From a virus (Duplodnaviria > Caudoviricetes), in the IMG/VR virus record IMGVR_UViG_3300021376_000070, positions 1-56,371 of that record: a stretch of DNA of 56,371 nucleotides; one strand, written 5' to 3'. The notes beneath the pieces are model-generated. The model had not been told where the DNA came from. It saw only the letters and a program-made list of their open reading frames with translations, and did not search any database. Shown here piece by piece: positions 38,064 to 47,106 of this stretch; the stretch's first letter is position 1, and every line of letters begins with the position of its first letter. Both the position numbers and the translations under genes were made by a program.

Positions 38064-38534
38064 TTACACAATCATCCATCTTTGACCAGAAGCCACGGTC
38101 ACCGTGATACCGCTTGCAATGGTCATTGGACCAACAGACTGGGCGTTCGTACCCGTGTCTACGGTGTAATTGTCCGTTACTGTGGTGGCATTGACAACCA
38201 GCGCCCCAATTCCACCCCCGCCCCCAGTAACCGTCCTTTCCGCAGGGTAGGTTACAAATACATCTTTGGTCCCCGCAGAAAAACTGACCTTAGAGCCGCC
38301 ACTGGAAGATTCTAGAACCGTATCCCGAGAAAGGGTCGTGCCGCTGGATGTGTAGGTTCCAATCCCCACCTCAAATTCATTGGTTCCCTGACCCGCGATG
38401 GTGTAGAAAGTTGTGTTGCCGTTTCCAATAACTGCGAATGTCTGGAACCCCGTCACTGCTCCTGCGAGCGTGACTGTCCCCGTACCTGTAGTGGTCGTGG
38501 TTTCTCGGACGCGATCTTTAACGACAAGTGGCAT
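38064..38534 (-). CDS. tail structural protein
   Basis: DRVRETTTTTGTG...EVGIGTY...FSAGTKDVFVT. Confidence 0.65.
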   Translation of the reverse strand: MPLVVKDRVRETTTTTGTGTVTLAGAVTGFQTFAVIGNGNTTFYTIAGQGTNEFEVGIGTYTSSGTTLSRDTVLESSSGGSKVSFSAGTKDVFVTYPAERTVTGGGGGIGALVVNATTVTDNYTVDTGTNAQSVGPMTIASGITVTVASGQRWMIV

Positions 38535-38535
38535 A

Positions 38536-39618
38536 TCAGTTTGATGTTTTTATGACATTCCAATTTGTGGACGCCGAGGTATTGATCACAGACCAAGAGG
38601 TGCCGTTCTGAGCGTTGATGACATTCCAAGTCACAGATTGACTGTCATTGATGATCTCCCAAAGCAAACGAGCCAAGGGACTATCCGATGCTCTTGCAAG
38701 TTCTGCCACACTGACCGCATAAATTGGCAGAGTGGAGGGGGTATCAGCACCGGTTGCGCTCTCATCAATCAACGCCCCAAAGTCCACAGCACCGCTGATC
38801 AAATCGCTCACCACGGCAGACTCGTCAACACTGACGATAAAAACTACGCCGCCAGATGGGAAATCAGAGGCAGTAACAGACTCAGCAATGTTTGCCGGGA
38901 ATGCGAAGGACGAAGCAACTGTTTCTGATGCGATTGCGGTCTCGGATGCGGTAGCAACAAAAGTAGCGATTGCGGAGACCAACTCTGAAACGGTTGAAGA
39001 CTCAGTGATAAGACCACCGAAATCTACAGCGCCGCTGATTTGATCTGCGCCAGATGACGACTCAGAAACGCTGGAGCCAAAAGTTACGGCTCCAAATGCA
39101 GCATCTGATCCTGTCGCTTGCTCTGCGGTGATAGAGTTTAAGACAGTCCCGGCAGAGATGGAATCTGTTGCAGTTGCTGTCTCACTGACCGTTGAAACGA
39201 AGACCACGCGAGCCACAACCGTTTCAGATGCGGTTGCAGACTCAGCAATTAAAGGTGCAAAGGTTGCGCTGGCGCTGATCGTATCTGAGCCGGTGGCGCT
39301 TTCAGAAACACTTACGCCAAAATCAATTTTTGCTAAAACTGAATCTGCTGCGGTAGCCAGTTCAATGACAGACACCACATAGGTGACGCTGCCAGAGATG
39401 GAATCGGTTGCTGTTGCGGACTCGATAATCGTGCTTTGGAAAACGACCCTTGCGGAGATGGAGTCTGCCCCCGTCGCCGACTCATTGATTTGAACGGCGA
39501 ACTTAGCCAGTGCGCTCAGAATGTCTGAGGCATTAGCAGATTCTGCGACCGTAGCAACATAAACAGCACCAGAAAGCGATGAATATGGCGCGGTCGAATA
39601 TGGCAGCAGCCCGAGCAC
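38536..39618 (-). CDS. repetitive S/A/T-rich structural protein
   Basis: About 14 ESATAxD-type repeats at ~21-aa period. Confidence 0.6.
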   Translation of the reverse strand: MLGLLPYSTAPYSSLSGAVYVATVAESANASDILSALAKFAVQINESATGADSISARVVFQSTIIESATATDSISGSVTYVVSVIELATAADSVLAKIDFGVSVSESATGSDTISASATFAPLIAESATASETVVARVVFVSTVSETATATDSISAGTVLNSITAEQATGSDAAFGAVTFGSSVSESSSGADQISGAVDFGGLITESSTVSELVSAIATFVATASETAIASETVASSFAFPANIAESVTASDFPSGGVVFIVSVDESAVVSDLISGAVDFGALIDESATGADTPSTLPIYAVSVAELARASDSPLARLLWEIINDSQSVTWNVINAQNGTSWSVINTSASTNWNVIKTSN

Positions 39619-39627
39619 AAGTGCTCC

Positions 39628-39807
39628 TTACGCAGCGGTCAACTGAGACTCTTCAAACCAACGCTGCTGCTTAACACCGGATGAGTCCGTCCATTCGATC
39701 AGATAGAAGAATGTGCCGTTTTCATCCATGCGAAGTGCAAGTACCGGTCCTTGAGGAACCAGCGCATTGAGTTTGACGCTTTGACCTTTGGTGTATTTTG
39801 TAGCCAT
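39628..39807 (-). CDS. small hypothetical protein (59 aa)
   Basis: Read manually: MATKYTKGQSVK...RWFEESQLTAA; SD AAGGAG. Confidence 0.7.
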   Translation of the reverse strand: MATKYTKGQSVKLNALVPQGPVLALRMDENGTFFYLIEWTDSSGVKQQRWFEESQLTAA

Positions 39808-39816
39808 GCTAACTCC

Positions 39817-40401
39817 TTACGCTGCATCGAGGCTGAACTGGTAGGTGACATTGAGCGTGTCACCAGAAACGACAGCGCGATCACCGGGGGATTGGAAATC
39901 AGAAGCTGAGAACAAGATGCCGCTCGTGCCACTTTTGGTGTTGTCACTGGTCAAGAAAGCGCCAGCAATTGTCGCCGTGCCGTTGATCGAGAACACAGCC
40001 ACAGAAGCCGAGTTGCTGATAACCGAAGGATCAGCCGTGGTTGCAGCACCAAAAGTACACGCAGGGCGAGTTGCTTGACTGTAAGAAGTGTTCTCAGACC
40101 AACCTGCATGGGATGACATCGTGTCGCCAGCGGCGATGGTCGTACCAGAGCCGGGTCCAGTAATCAGCCCAAGATACCAAGTGGCGGTATAGGACGAGCC
40201 AGAGAAATACTTGTCGTTCATGTCTTTCAAGCCGACATTGACCACAAGATTATTGGACTCCTCATTCCATTTAAGATTGCCATCTTTGTCATAGCACTCA
40301 AAACGGAACACGCCGCCACCACGGGCGGTTTCTTTAGAACCATTGCCAAAAGTCATGGCAGCGGAAACTATATCGGTGGATTTTGCTTTGTCGGTAAACA
40401 T
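39817..40401 (-). CDS. virion structural protein
   Basis: NLVVNVG...GDTLNVTY; SD AAGGAG. Confidence 0.6.
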   Translation of the reverse strand: MFTDKAKSTDIVSAAMTFGNGSKETARGGGVFRFECYDKDGNLKWNEESNNLVVNVGLKDMNDKYFSGSSYTATWYLGLITGPGSGTTIAAGDTMSSHAGWSENTSYSQATRPACTFGAATTADPSVISNSASVAVFSINGTATIAGAFLTSDNTKSGTSGILFSASDFQSPGDRAVVSGDTLNVTYQFSLDAA

Positions 40402-40410
40402 GATTACTCC

Positions 40411-40827
40411 TTATAAAATCCGAATTAAGGCAGAAAGATTGGTGTTGGCAGGAAATTGCACCTGAAAGGTGTTGATGGAAGTCCTGTCTGCGCCAAAGTC
40501 CAAAACACAAATTGCCGCTCCACCATTCTTGTAGATCAGCGCCCCACGAGCAGTGAATGCCCCGCTCCAAGAAACATCCTCAAAATCAATGAAGGATGTC
40601 CCGTCAGAGATAGAAACAGACGGAGTCAAAACCTCGCCCCCAGCCGTGTAGCCGCTTGCCGACACCTCGCCGTCCGTGGTGTACGCCGCAGTGGTTTCAT
40701 CCAAGGTAGCATCATTGGTGTACAAGGCAATCTTGAATACATTAGTCGTTCCAGTTGCAAAGTTAAAACTTCCGCTAGGCAGACCTTGTTTAAACGTATT
40801 GCAGGTGTAATTGCCGGTAAAAGCCAT
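40411..40827 (-). CDS. virion structural protein
   Basis: FKIALYT...GYTAGG...ARGALIY...VLDFG. Confidence 0.6.
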   Translation of the reverse strand: MAFTGNYTCNTFKQGLPSGSFNFATGTTNVFKIALYTNDATLDETTAAYTTDGEVSASGYTAGGEVLTPSVSISDGTSFIDFEDVSWSGAFTARGALIYKNGGAAICVLDFGADRTSINTFQVQFPANTNLSALIRIL

Positions 40828-41534
40828 TACTTGACCTCCATCCGGAACTGACCCGATCTGTAGGCATCCTGACGCTCCATGCCATCACCCAACCGTTTGG
40901 CAAGCATGAGAGCTTCGTTATACCTACCCATGTACTGGTCCACGATGTCCTTCTCGGACTTCATAAATGCAGCCGCCTCCATCATCGCGCCATACAGCAG
41001 CACAGAATCCATGTTGTCACCCAGCCAAGTCTGTCCGCTTGCTGCCGTGGTAATCGATTCTGGATAGTAGTAGTAATGCAACTCCACATCGTAAATTGCA
41101 TTGGGCGTTGGACCCAACAAAAAAGTCAACTCGTTGGTGATGGCAGGAGGCGTGTCATTGGTCGTTGTAGGACCAAATAGAGCGTAGTAATAAGGCTTGC
41201 CGGTGTCTGTCGGGCTTGGAAACGATTCTCGGATGAAGTTCACATCCTTGTTCAACAAATACAAGTACTCACCCGAGACAGGATCAATGACAGCCATTGA
41301 ATAGACTGCCAAAAAATCCCCGGGAGATGACAGATACTTGTTGTTTATCGTGGTTAAGCCGGTAACATTCTTCCGTAAGGGAGGAAACTGAACTGAGTTG
41401 TAGATGCGCTGTTCAGCCTGTTGGATGAAAGTATTGACCTGCTGATCAGAAGTAAGACCACCAGCACCAACCGCCTGCGGGAAATCGTTCTCGCAGTACG
41501 CTTTGATCCGAGCTTTCAGTTCAGTGTAATTCAC
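40827..41534 (-). CDS. head-tail adaptor/tail tubular protein
   Basis: MNYTELK...FIQQAEQRI...GPTP...LLYG. Confidence 0.6.
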   Translation of the reverse strand: MNYTELKARIKAYCENDFPQAVGAGGLTSDQQVNTFIQQAEQRIYNSVQFPPLRKNVTGLTTINNKYLSSPGDFLAVYSMAVIDPVSGEYLYLLNKDVNFIRESFPSPTDTGKPYYYALFGPTTTNDTPPAITNELTFLLGPTPNAIYDVELHYYYYPESITTAASGQTWLGDNMDSVLLYGAMMEAAAFMKSEKDIVDQYMGRYNEALMLAKRLGDGMERQDAYRSGQFRMEVK

Positions 41535-41537
41535 CGA

Positions 41538-41732
41538 TTACCCCATCTTGCTGCTGTGTCCAAAGCCCCGGCTGGTGTTCTTGGTGCCACGAGTACGCTG
41601 GGTCTGCGTATTGGGCACTGCATTGGGATAACCAGCACTGGGCACGGGCTGGGTGTATGGCTTGGGCTGGACATACTTCTCACACGGGTCTTTCGTGTCA
41701 GCCGGGAAGTATTCAAATTTGTCGGTGTTCAT
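41538..41732 (-). CDS. small hypothetical protein
   Basis: Operon packing. Confidence 0.5.
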   Translation of the reverse strand: MNTDKFEYFPADTKDPCEKYVQPKPYTQPVPSAGYPNAVPNTQTQRTRGTKNTSRGFGHSSKMG

Positions 41733-41902
41733 CAGCGGCTCCGCGAGGTCGAGCGTTGGTTCATCATACGAGCGACATTGCGTCCGTACTGCTTCATCGC
41801 ACCGGAGGTCACACCACCCTTTGCATAACCTTTACCATGCATGGATTTCTCGTGCTTCTTGACCTCATCCTTGGCGATCTTTTTCATCTTGCCATTTTCC
41901 AT
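41732..41902 (-). CDS. small basic protein (56 aa, YAKGG motif)
   Basis: Read manually: MENGKMKKIAKDEVKKHE...; SD AGGAG. Confidence 0.65.
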   Translation of the reverse strand: MENGKMKKIAKDEVKKHEKSMHGKGYAKGGVTSGAMKQYGRNVARMMNQRSTSRSR

Positions 41903-41911
41903 TTTTTACTC

Positions 41912-42340
41912 CTATGTGGTTGCAACCGTTACTGTTCCCAACTGAATTCCTAGAACCAGATTGTTGGGTGTCAGACCAACATCATTGGCTCTAGACCCAC
42001 CAACGGGAGCGTACCCCCACTGAAATATCCTACTGCCACCCTCCGGGGTTCCAGTCTGATTCTGACTTGGTCCCGTTGTGTCAAACAACTGCAAGCCGTT
42101 TAAACCAGATATGCGGTAGCTCTTATCCGGTCTTGGATTTCTCAAAGCCTGCGGGTCATCCACAGGATACATACCCAACTGAAGCTGCGGTTGATCAGGC
42201 TCCCAACACTCCGGGCAAACCAAGATGTTCACATTTTTGGTCTTGATTACCAAGCCCTTGAGTTGCTTGAGTTGAAAACGAAACCCACAGCGGTCGCATT
42301 CAGCAATCGCATTCTTACCGGAGGCAAACTTGTTTCCCAT
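41912..42340 (-). CDS. Zn-ribbon virion-associated protein
   Basis: CDRC...CPEC...DPQALRNPRPD. Confidence 0.65.
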   Translation of the reverse strand: MGNKFASGKNAIAECDRCGFRFQLKQLKGLVIKTKNVNILVCPECWEPDQPQLQLGMYPVDDPQALRNPRPDKSYRISGLNGLQLFDTTGPSQNQTGTPEGGSRIFQWGYAPVGGSRANDVGLTPNNLVLGIQLGTVTVATT

Positions 42341-43077
42341 TATGTAACAAAGTATCTGCGGGGAACAAAACGAACTGCGGCTTTGCTGCGGTCCTCCTCG
42401 GTGGCAAACTTCCACTGCTCATCGTACTGAGCCTTGAGCACTGAAATGCGATCAGGAGCGATTTTCTGGGCAAGGTAATAGGCAAGCCCAGAAATCATGC
42501 AATTGAGGAACCTGAAGGGTATATCCTGCGTCTGGATACCGTTTCCTGCGTCCTGAATCCTTCTCAAGCGCCAATACACAAAGGTGTAGTAGTTGCTTTG
42601 GTCCGGGGCGGGCCAGACATAGATTTGCGGATGATCCACCCCGGTCGTCGGGTTGGTGCCAGCAGGTCTCCCGCCGGAAGGATAAGTAGCACCAGACTGA
42701 CGATCCACCCAAACCTGAATCGGTCTGCCCGTAGCGTTCTTGTTGGGAATGGTCGCATAGGTAGAAACACTGATCCGAGTGATGGTTAAGTCCTGCTGGT
42801 TCTGCCCAGTTCCCGTTCGGGTAACGTGTTCCAGAAGATCGATGGTGTCAATAGGTAAGGGATAGGCAATCTGATTCTGGGTCAGGGCAATGGACCCCTG
42901 CTCGATGGTCCACAGATTGACGCCCCGGTTGGACCATTCCACCGTCAACAGGTTAAGGCTGCGCCGAGCGGTACGCAGGTCGTAACCGCTTCGCAATTCC
43001 TTTCCACAACGCTCGAAAGCCTCTTCAACAATGTTGTTGAGGTCGAGGTTGAACGATGAGGCTCCAGAGGTTGTCAT
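42340..43077 (-). CDS. head-tail connector/tail tubular A-like protein
   Basis: EEAFERCG...ARRSLNL...NRGVNLW...WPAPD...GLAYYL. Confidence 0.6.
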   Translation of the reverse strand: MTTSGASSFNLDLNNIVEEAFERCGKELRSGYDLRTARRSLNLLTVEWSNRGVNLWTIEQGSIALTQNQIAYPLPIDTIDLLEHVTRTGTGQNQQDLTITRISVSTYATIPNKNATGRPIQVWVDRQSGATYPSGGRPAGTNPTTGVDHPQIYVWPAPDQSNYYTFVYWRLRRIQDAGNGIQTQDIPFRFLNCMISGLAYYLAQKIAPDRISVLKAQYDEQWKFATEEDRSKAAVRFVPRRYFVT

Positions 43078-43316
43078 GTCACCTTCCTGTGTCTAGCCAC
43101 CTTTTGTGCAATCTTTGGTGGCTGTGGCACAAACTGCTTGCCAGAAGCCTTACCAGCCCTCTTGGCACGAGTTGTAGCAGCATATTCAGCAGGACTCAAT
43201 GCCTTGATAGCCTTCTCGGGCAAATATCGCTCCCCCGTCTTGGAAGACGGTTTTCCAGACTTGGTAGTCCATTTCTGGTCTGTCCAAGCCTTGAGCGATT
43301 TCTGCGGGTTCTTCAC
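43074..43316 (-). CDS. small basic protein (QKSLKAWTDQKW...ERYLP)
   Basis: GTG start overlapping the upstream stop. Confidence 0.65.
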   Translation of the reverse strand: MKNPQKSLKAWTDQKWTTKSGKPSSKTGERYLPEKAIKALSPAEYAATTRAKRAGKASGKQFVPQPPKIAQKVARHRKVT

Positions 43317-43585
43317 TTGTAACCGCCGCCTTTTTCCTTGTAACGCTTGGCAAGAAGCTGTGCTTTGCGGGCTGACCATTGCCCCGCCGCCGTACCTTGC
43401 GTGGCAGAGCTTTTGATCTGTTCAAACAAGGCTTTCCGCATACCGGGCTTGGTGTAATTGCCAGACTCGTTTACACGACTTTGACCACCTTGTTTAAACA
43501 TCTTGACAGGCTCATCACCATCCCGCTTTTTGATCGTTTTGACCTTAGCGGGATTGATGATCCCCATACCACGGCTTGGCATCAT
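43313..43585 (-). CDS. small basic protein (NYTKPGMRK...WSARKAQ)
   Basis: Operon packing. Confidence 0.65.
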   Translation of the reverse strand: MMPSRGMGIINPAKVKTIKKRDGDEPVKMFKQGGQSRVNESGNYTKPGMRKALFEQIKSSATQGTAAGQWSARKAQLLAKRYKEKGGGYK

Positions 43586-43586
43586 G

Positions 43587-44114
43587 TCAGCAGTACCTGC
43601 TTTTTTTCATCTTCGTCATGCCACCCTTCTTCATGACGATCTCTTTGCCTTTGGTCTTGCCCTTCATGGCAATCCCATCAGCAGACTTGTGACCAGCAGC
43701 CAAACCACCACCAGCCATCTTCTTCATAGCCATGCCGCCTTTTTTCATCTTACCTTCGCCATCAGCAGCAAATGCAGGGACTTTTTTGCCGTCTTTCATA
43801 ACCATAGGCATACCACCGCCTGCGTAGCCGCCCATAACCATTTTCTTGACTTTGCCGCCGTGCTTCATACCGGCTTCAGCCATTTCGTGTTTGACCATCG
43901 AAGCGGGAGCGCCCTTCTTTTTCATGAACGACACTTCCTTCTTCATCATCTCTTTGGACTCTTTCATGTGACCACCTTCTTTCAGTTTGGATTTGCCTGC
44001 CTCACTCAACGCAATCGCAATCGCTTGCTTTGGATTGGTGACCTTTTTGCCAGAAGACGACTTGAGGTCTCCTGACTTGAACTCGCGCATGACCATACCG
44101 ACTTTGTCTTTCAT
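43587..44114 (-). CDS. K/M/G-rich basic protein
   Basis: Multiple xxxGG repeats; DGIAMKGKTKG. Confidence 0.65.
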   Translation of the reverse strand: MKDKVGMVMREFKSGDLKSSSGKKVTNPKQAIAIALSEAGKSKLKEGGHMKESKEMMKKEVSFMKKKGAPASMVKHEMAEAGMKHGGKVKKMVMGGYAGGGMPMVMKDGKKVPAFAADGEGKMKKGGMAMKKMAGGGLAAGHKSADGIAMKGKTKGKEIVMKKGGMTKMKKSRYC

Positions 44115-44542
44115 ACAAACCGCCCTTTGGTCTTGCCCTTGATTGCAATACCATCCCCTCGTTTAGAGGCAGAAGATGCTTTCGGGGCGCTTGCTTTTGC
44201 TGCTTTAACCTTACCGCCTTTTTTCATACCAAAAATTGGTCGCATCCCCGCTAGACCTATTGATCGCATCCCCGCTAGACCCATACCAGTATTAACAGAA
44301 GTTGCACCGTTACCAGCAGGGGCGCCATGACTAAACATATTGCTGGCAAAACCGCCAGATCCAGATTTAAACCCCGTCGTTCCAACGTCACCAGCAGAGT
44401 TATACGGAAGAATGGTTTTATTTGGTGACGTGTTCGGAATAGCAGGCATACTAATACCACCTCGTCCTTCGATGCTGGTCGCAGGTTTAGCCGGAACACG
44501 GGGTGCTGGTCTTTTAATTCCTTTTAGTGCTTTGCCAAACAT
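44111..44542 (-). CDS. basic low-complexity protein
   Basis: MKKGG...KRGDGIAIKGKTKGRFV. Confidence 0.6.
   Translation of the reverse strand: MFGKALKGIKRPAPRVPAKPATSIEGRGGISMPAIPNTSPNKTILPYNSAGDVGTTGFKSGSGGFASNMFSHGAPAGNGATSVNTGMGLAGMRSIGLAGMRPIFGMKKGGKVKAAKASAPKASSASKRGDGIAIKGKTKGRFV
44240..44281. repeat. tandem duplication, 24-nt period
   Basis: TCGCATCCCCGCTAGACC twice (GLAGMR). Confidence 0.75.
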
Positions 44543-44543
44543 T

Positions 44544-44804
44544 TCACACCATCCTTCCTTTAGTTTTACCACGCTGAGCACAGCCGTCTGCACGTTTGGA
44601 AGCAGATGATTTGACTACACCACCTTTTTTCATACCGGTTATTGCATTAAACCCAACTGGTGTAACACCGCCATTTGGAGTTGTAATTCCATAATTAATG
44701 GCGTTAGCCATTTCATCGACCCTACCCATTAGGGATTCAGCATTATCAGCCAACCCAGCCAAGCCACCTTCGGCGTACTTTTTAGGCTTCTTTTTGTTGA
44801 CCAT
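44544..44804 (-). CDS. small basic protein
   Basis: YAEGG, MKKGG, KRADGCAQRGKTKGRMV. Confidence 0.65.
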   Translation of the reverse strand: MVNKKKPKKYAEGGLAGLADNAESLMGRVDEMANAINYGITTPNGGVTPVGFNAITGMKKGGVVKSSASKRADGCAQRGKTKGRMV

Positions 44805-44806
44805 TT

Positions 44807-45058
44807 TTATCTCCTTTGCGACTTAACAAGGTCATCAATTTTTGTCTCAAGCCTTGCAAAGCCTGAATCAAAATGCTCGCGGATTTTTTCCAAATCTTCT
44901 CTAACTTCTGTACGAGTGATGTGGTCACGCGCAACCTCCTCTCGGGTCTTGTTCAAAAGAATCCCAAGTCGATTGAGTTCTGCAAACTTCTCTTTCAAAA
45001 GAAATCCCAGCAGAGCAACAATCGATGTGAGAATCACATTCCAGACCAACATTTCCAT
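44807..45058 (-). CDS. small protein with N-terminal TM segment and coiled coil
   Basis: MEMLVWNVILTSIVALLGFLL... Confidence 0.6.
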   Translation of the reverse strand: MEMLVWNVILTSIVALLGFLLKEKFAELNRLGILLNKTREEVARDHITRTEVREDLEKIREHFDSGFARLETKIDDLVKSQRR

Positions 45059-45064
45059 TCTTCT

Positions 45065-45358
45065 TCACCATTTGACTTTATCAGCCCAGTAAGCAGCACT
45101 CATCTTGCCTTTGGCGATGTTGCTTGCATGGCGTGCTTTAAATGACTTGCGCTTTGCCTTCATACGGTCAGACTCACCCGATTTGGGTTTGCCTGCCGTA
45201 CCAGACACAGTGCCTACCTTTTTGCCCTGCTCTCCAAAGCGGATCACCTTCTCTTTCCCGCTCTCGCAAGCCTTCACAACGTGAGACTTCTTCGGGTGAG
45301 TGGGGGTAGATCGGGGCTTGTTGCAAGGCATCTCCGACTTCTTGACGGGCTTAACCAT
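45065..45358 (-). CDS. basic phage protein (SFKARH...SAAYWA)
   Basis: Start overlaps the upstream gene end. Confidence 0.65.
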   Translation of the reverse strand: MVKPVKKSEMPCNKPRSTPTHPKKSHVVKACESGKEKVIRFGEQGKKVGTVSGTAGKPKSGESDRMKAKRKSFKARHASNIAKGKMSAAYWADKVKW

Positions 45359-46094
45359 TGGCGACCTTCCTCTCTTCATCCAGCGGCTTGAGCAGCGGAT
45401 ACAGGAAATCTTCCCCAAAAGAACCCTCAAACTCATGGACACCCATGTGTCCGAGCTTGATCGTGGGGTCTACCCAGACCGTAAACCCATGCTCCCGGGC
45501 GCGGTCGCAGAAGACATAATCTTCACCGACGTAACCATCTGGAGTGGATTTGAAGTCAAAGAAGGACTGAAGCACCTTGCCGGTGTTCTGGTCCATGTAC
45601 TTCCATTCTGGGTGAGCATCACGCAAGACCTCAAAGACCTTGCGCTGGATCATCATGAACCCAGTGCCCACCCTAAGTACCCTGACCAGCCCCATCTTGT
45701 CCATAAAGATATTGCCGTCTGCGTCTTGATCGAGAGAGGAGAAATAGACCTTCTCTTTTTTTCGAGCAGCCCCAACGCCTGCAACGATGGGCTTTTGTTG
45801 ACTCCATGCCAGCAAACGAATGATGTCGTCGGCTTGGAATGTCATGTCTGAATCGACCATCAAAAGATGATCGGCATCAGAACTCAAAAACTCATTGGCA
45901 ATGATGTTACGCACCCGGGACACCACAGAGCATCCTGAGACATTGGACATCTGAATCTGAATACCGTGCTGCTGCGCCTTGACGCAGAACTCGGCGAGCG
46001 CAATCGCTAACTTGACCGAGACCTTAAAGTCATACGCTGGCAACCCGATGAACAGTTTCTTGCCATGCAGGTCAAAAGAGGCTTCTGATTGCAT
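45351..46094 (-). CDS. GT-A-fold glycosyltransferase-like protein
   Basis: RVRN...HLLMVDSD (DxD)...GTGFMMI...GEDYVFC...GHMG. Confidence 0.75.
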   Translation of the reverse strand: MQSEASFDLHGKKLFIGLPAYDFKVSVKLAIALAEFCVKAQQHGIQIQMSNVSGCSVVSRVRNIIANEFLSSDADHLLMVDSDMTFQADDIIRLLAWSQQKPIVAGVGAARKKEKVYFSSLDQDADGNIFMDKMGLVRVLRVGTGFMMIQRKVFEVLRDAHPEWKYMDQNTGKVLQSFFDFKSTPDGYVGEDYVFCDRAREHGFTVWVDPTIKLGHMGVHEFEGSFGEDFLYPLLKPLDEERKVANG

Positions 46095-46098
46095 AACA

Positions 46099-46410
46099 TC
46101 ACCCGTAGATCACCATGATGGATGCAACATCCGTTAGGTCAACATAGAGGTCAGTCTCAACCAAAATACCTTCTCCCGGTATTGAGAGAAAGAAAGTACC
46201 AGAAGCTGCCGCTGCTGGTGAGTTCATGGTCATCAAGATAGGACCGCTAGAGCCACCATCCCGAAAGACAACAGAACCAGCACTCGCACCTGAAACACCA
46301 TAGACAAACTTGATCCGACAACGAAGTAAATTGTTGTCGTTTTGATCTTTCATCTGCCCATCGGTCGTTCGCGGCTTGGACGCTAATACATCATATTGCA
46401 TGGAAGCCAT
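46099..46410 (-). CDS. virion structural protein
   Basis: SD GGAGG; IPGEGI motif; position in operon. Confidence 0.55.
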   Translation of the reverse strand: MASMQYDVLASKPRTTDGQMKDQNDNNLLRCRIKFVYGVSGASAGSVVFRDGGSSGPILMTMNSPAAAASGTFFLSIPGEGILVETDLYVDLTDVASIMVIYG

Positions 46411-46422
46411 GTCAGCCTCCTA

Positions 46423-46962
46423 TCAGGAATCTGCAAATGGAGTAGCAGGAGAGCCTGTGCAAACAATAACGCCGTTGACCATGTACTTGTTGGTGGTCAG
46501 CGAAGTGATGGTGATGCAAGTGCCAACCACGCCGCCAGTCGTACTGCCGTTCAGATTGATGAAGTCATTGGCAGCGGCAGGAATGAAACCAGCCATTGCG
46601 CCAGAGGTATCCGAGTCAATCGACAAAACCGAACCAATGAACTTGTCAGTGCCGTTCGTGCCGATCTTGACCGAAGAGGTCGCAATCGTCGCGTCCACCA
46701 AAATGGTGAAGGTCGCACTTTGATTGTTTTGAGTGTTGGGATCAGCGCCCGGGCCAGCCGCAGGGGCGTTTGCCGTAGTGTTGATTGCCGGAAGTGTGAT
46801 GGTCAGATTGGAAGCAAGAGCGCCACCAACTTTGAGAATCTTGCCAGCGTGTGCTGCCACCGTCAGGGTGGTGCTGGAGGTCAGAGAGACCACATTGCCT
46901 GCGCCCTGCGAATAAAAGCCATTCAGCGAGCGAACCGGACCGTCAAAAGTAGAAATTGCCAT
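46423..46962 (-). CDS. virion structural/decoration protein
   Basis: MAISTFDGPVRS...ATPFADS; follows the capsid gene. Confidence 0.6.
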   Translation of the reverse strand: MAISTFDGPVRSLNGFYSQGAGNVVSLTSSTTLTVAAHAGKILKVGGALASNLTITLPAINTTANAPAAGPGADPNTQNNQSATFTILVDATIATSSVKIGTNGTDKFIGSVLSIDSDTSGAMAGFIPAAANDFINLNGSTTGGVVGTCITITSLTTNKYMVNGVIVCTGSPATPFADS

Positions 46963-46974
46963 GATCAACCTTTC

Positions 46975-47046
46975 GTGTTGTAGCACATCCTCTTACCGTC
47001 TCTACAAAGTCTGCTAGGTCAGTTCGGTAAGAGTGGGAACCTAGAT
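46975..47046 (-). promoter_or_regulatory. structured 5' leader with interleaved helices
   Basis: Three complementary pairs in pseudoknot order; TATGAT at 47058-47053. Confidence 0.45.
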
Positions 47047-47070
47047 GCCGGAATCATACTGCGTTTAAAC

Positions 47071-47105
47071 AAAAAAGGGGAGGATTTTCGGTCCCCCCCT
47101 TTTTC
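47071..47105 (-). terminator. intrinsic terminator after the capsid gene
   Basis: AAAAAGGGGGGA...TCCTCCCCTTTTTT imperfect stem with U tract. Confidence 0.7.
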
Positions 47106-47106
47106 A

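Noticed and set aside
46975-47046. Assignment to a named ribozyme or riboswitch class
   Set aside because: I could not match catalytic or ligand-binding consensus residues by eye; kept as an unnamed structure.
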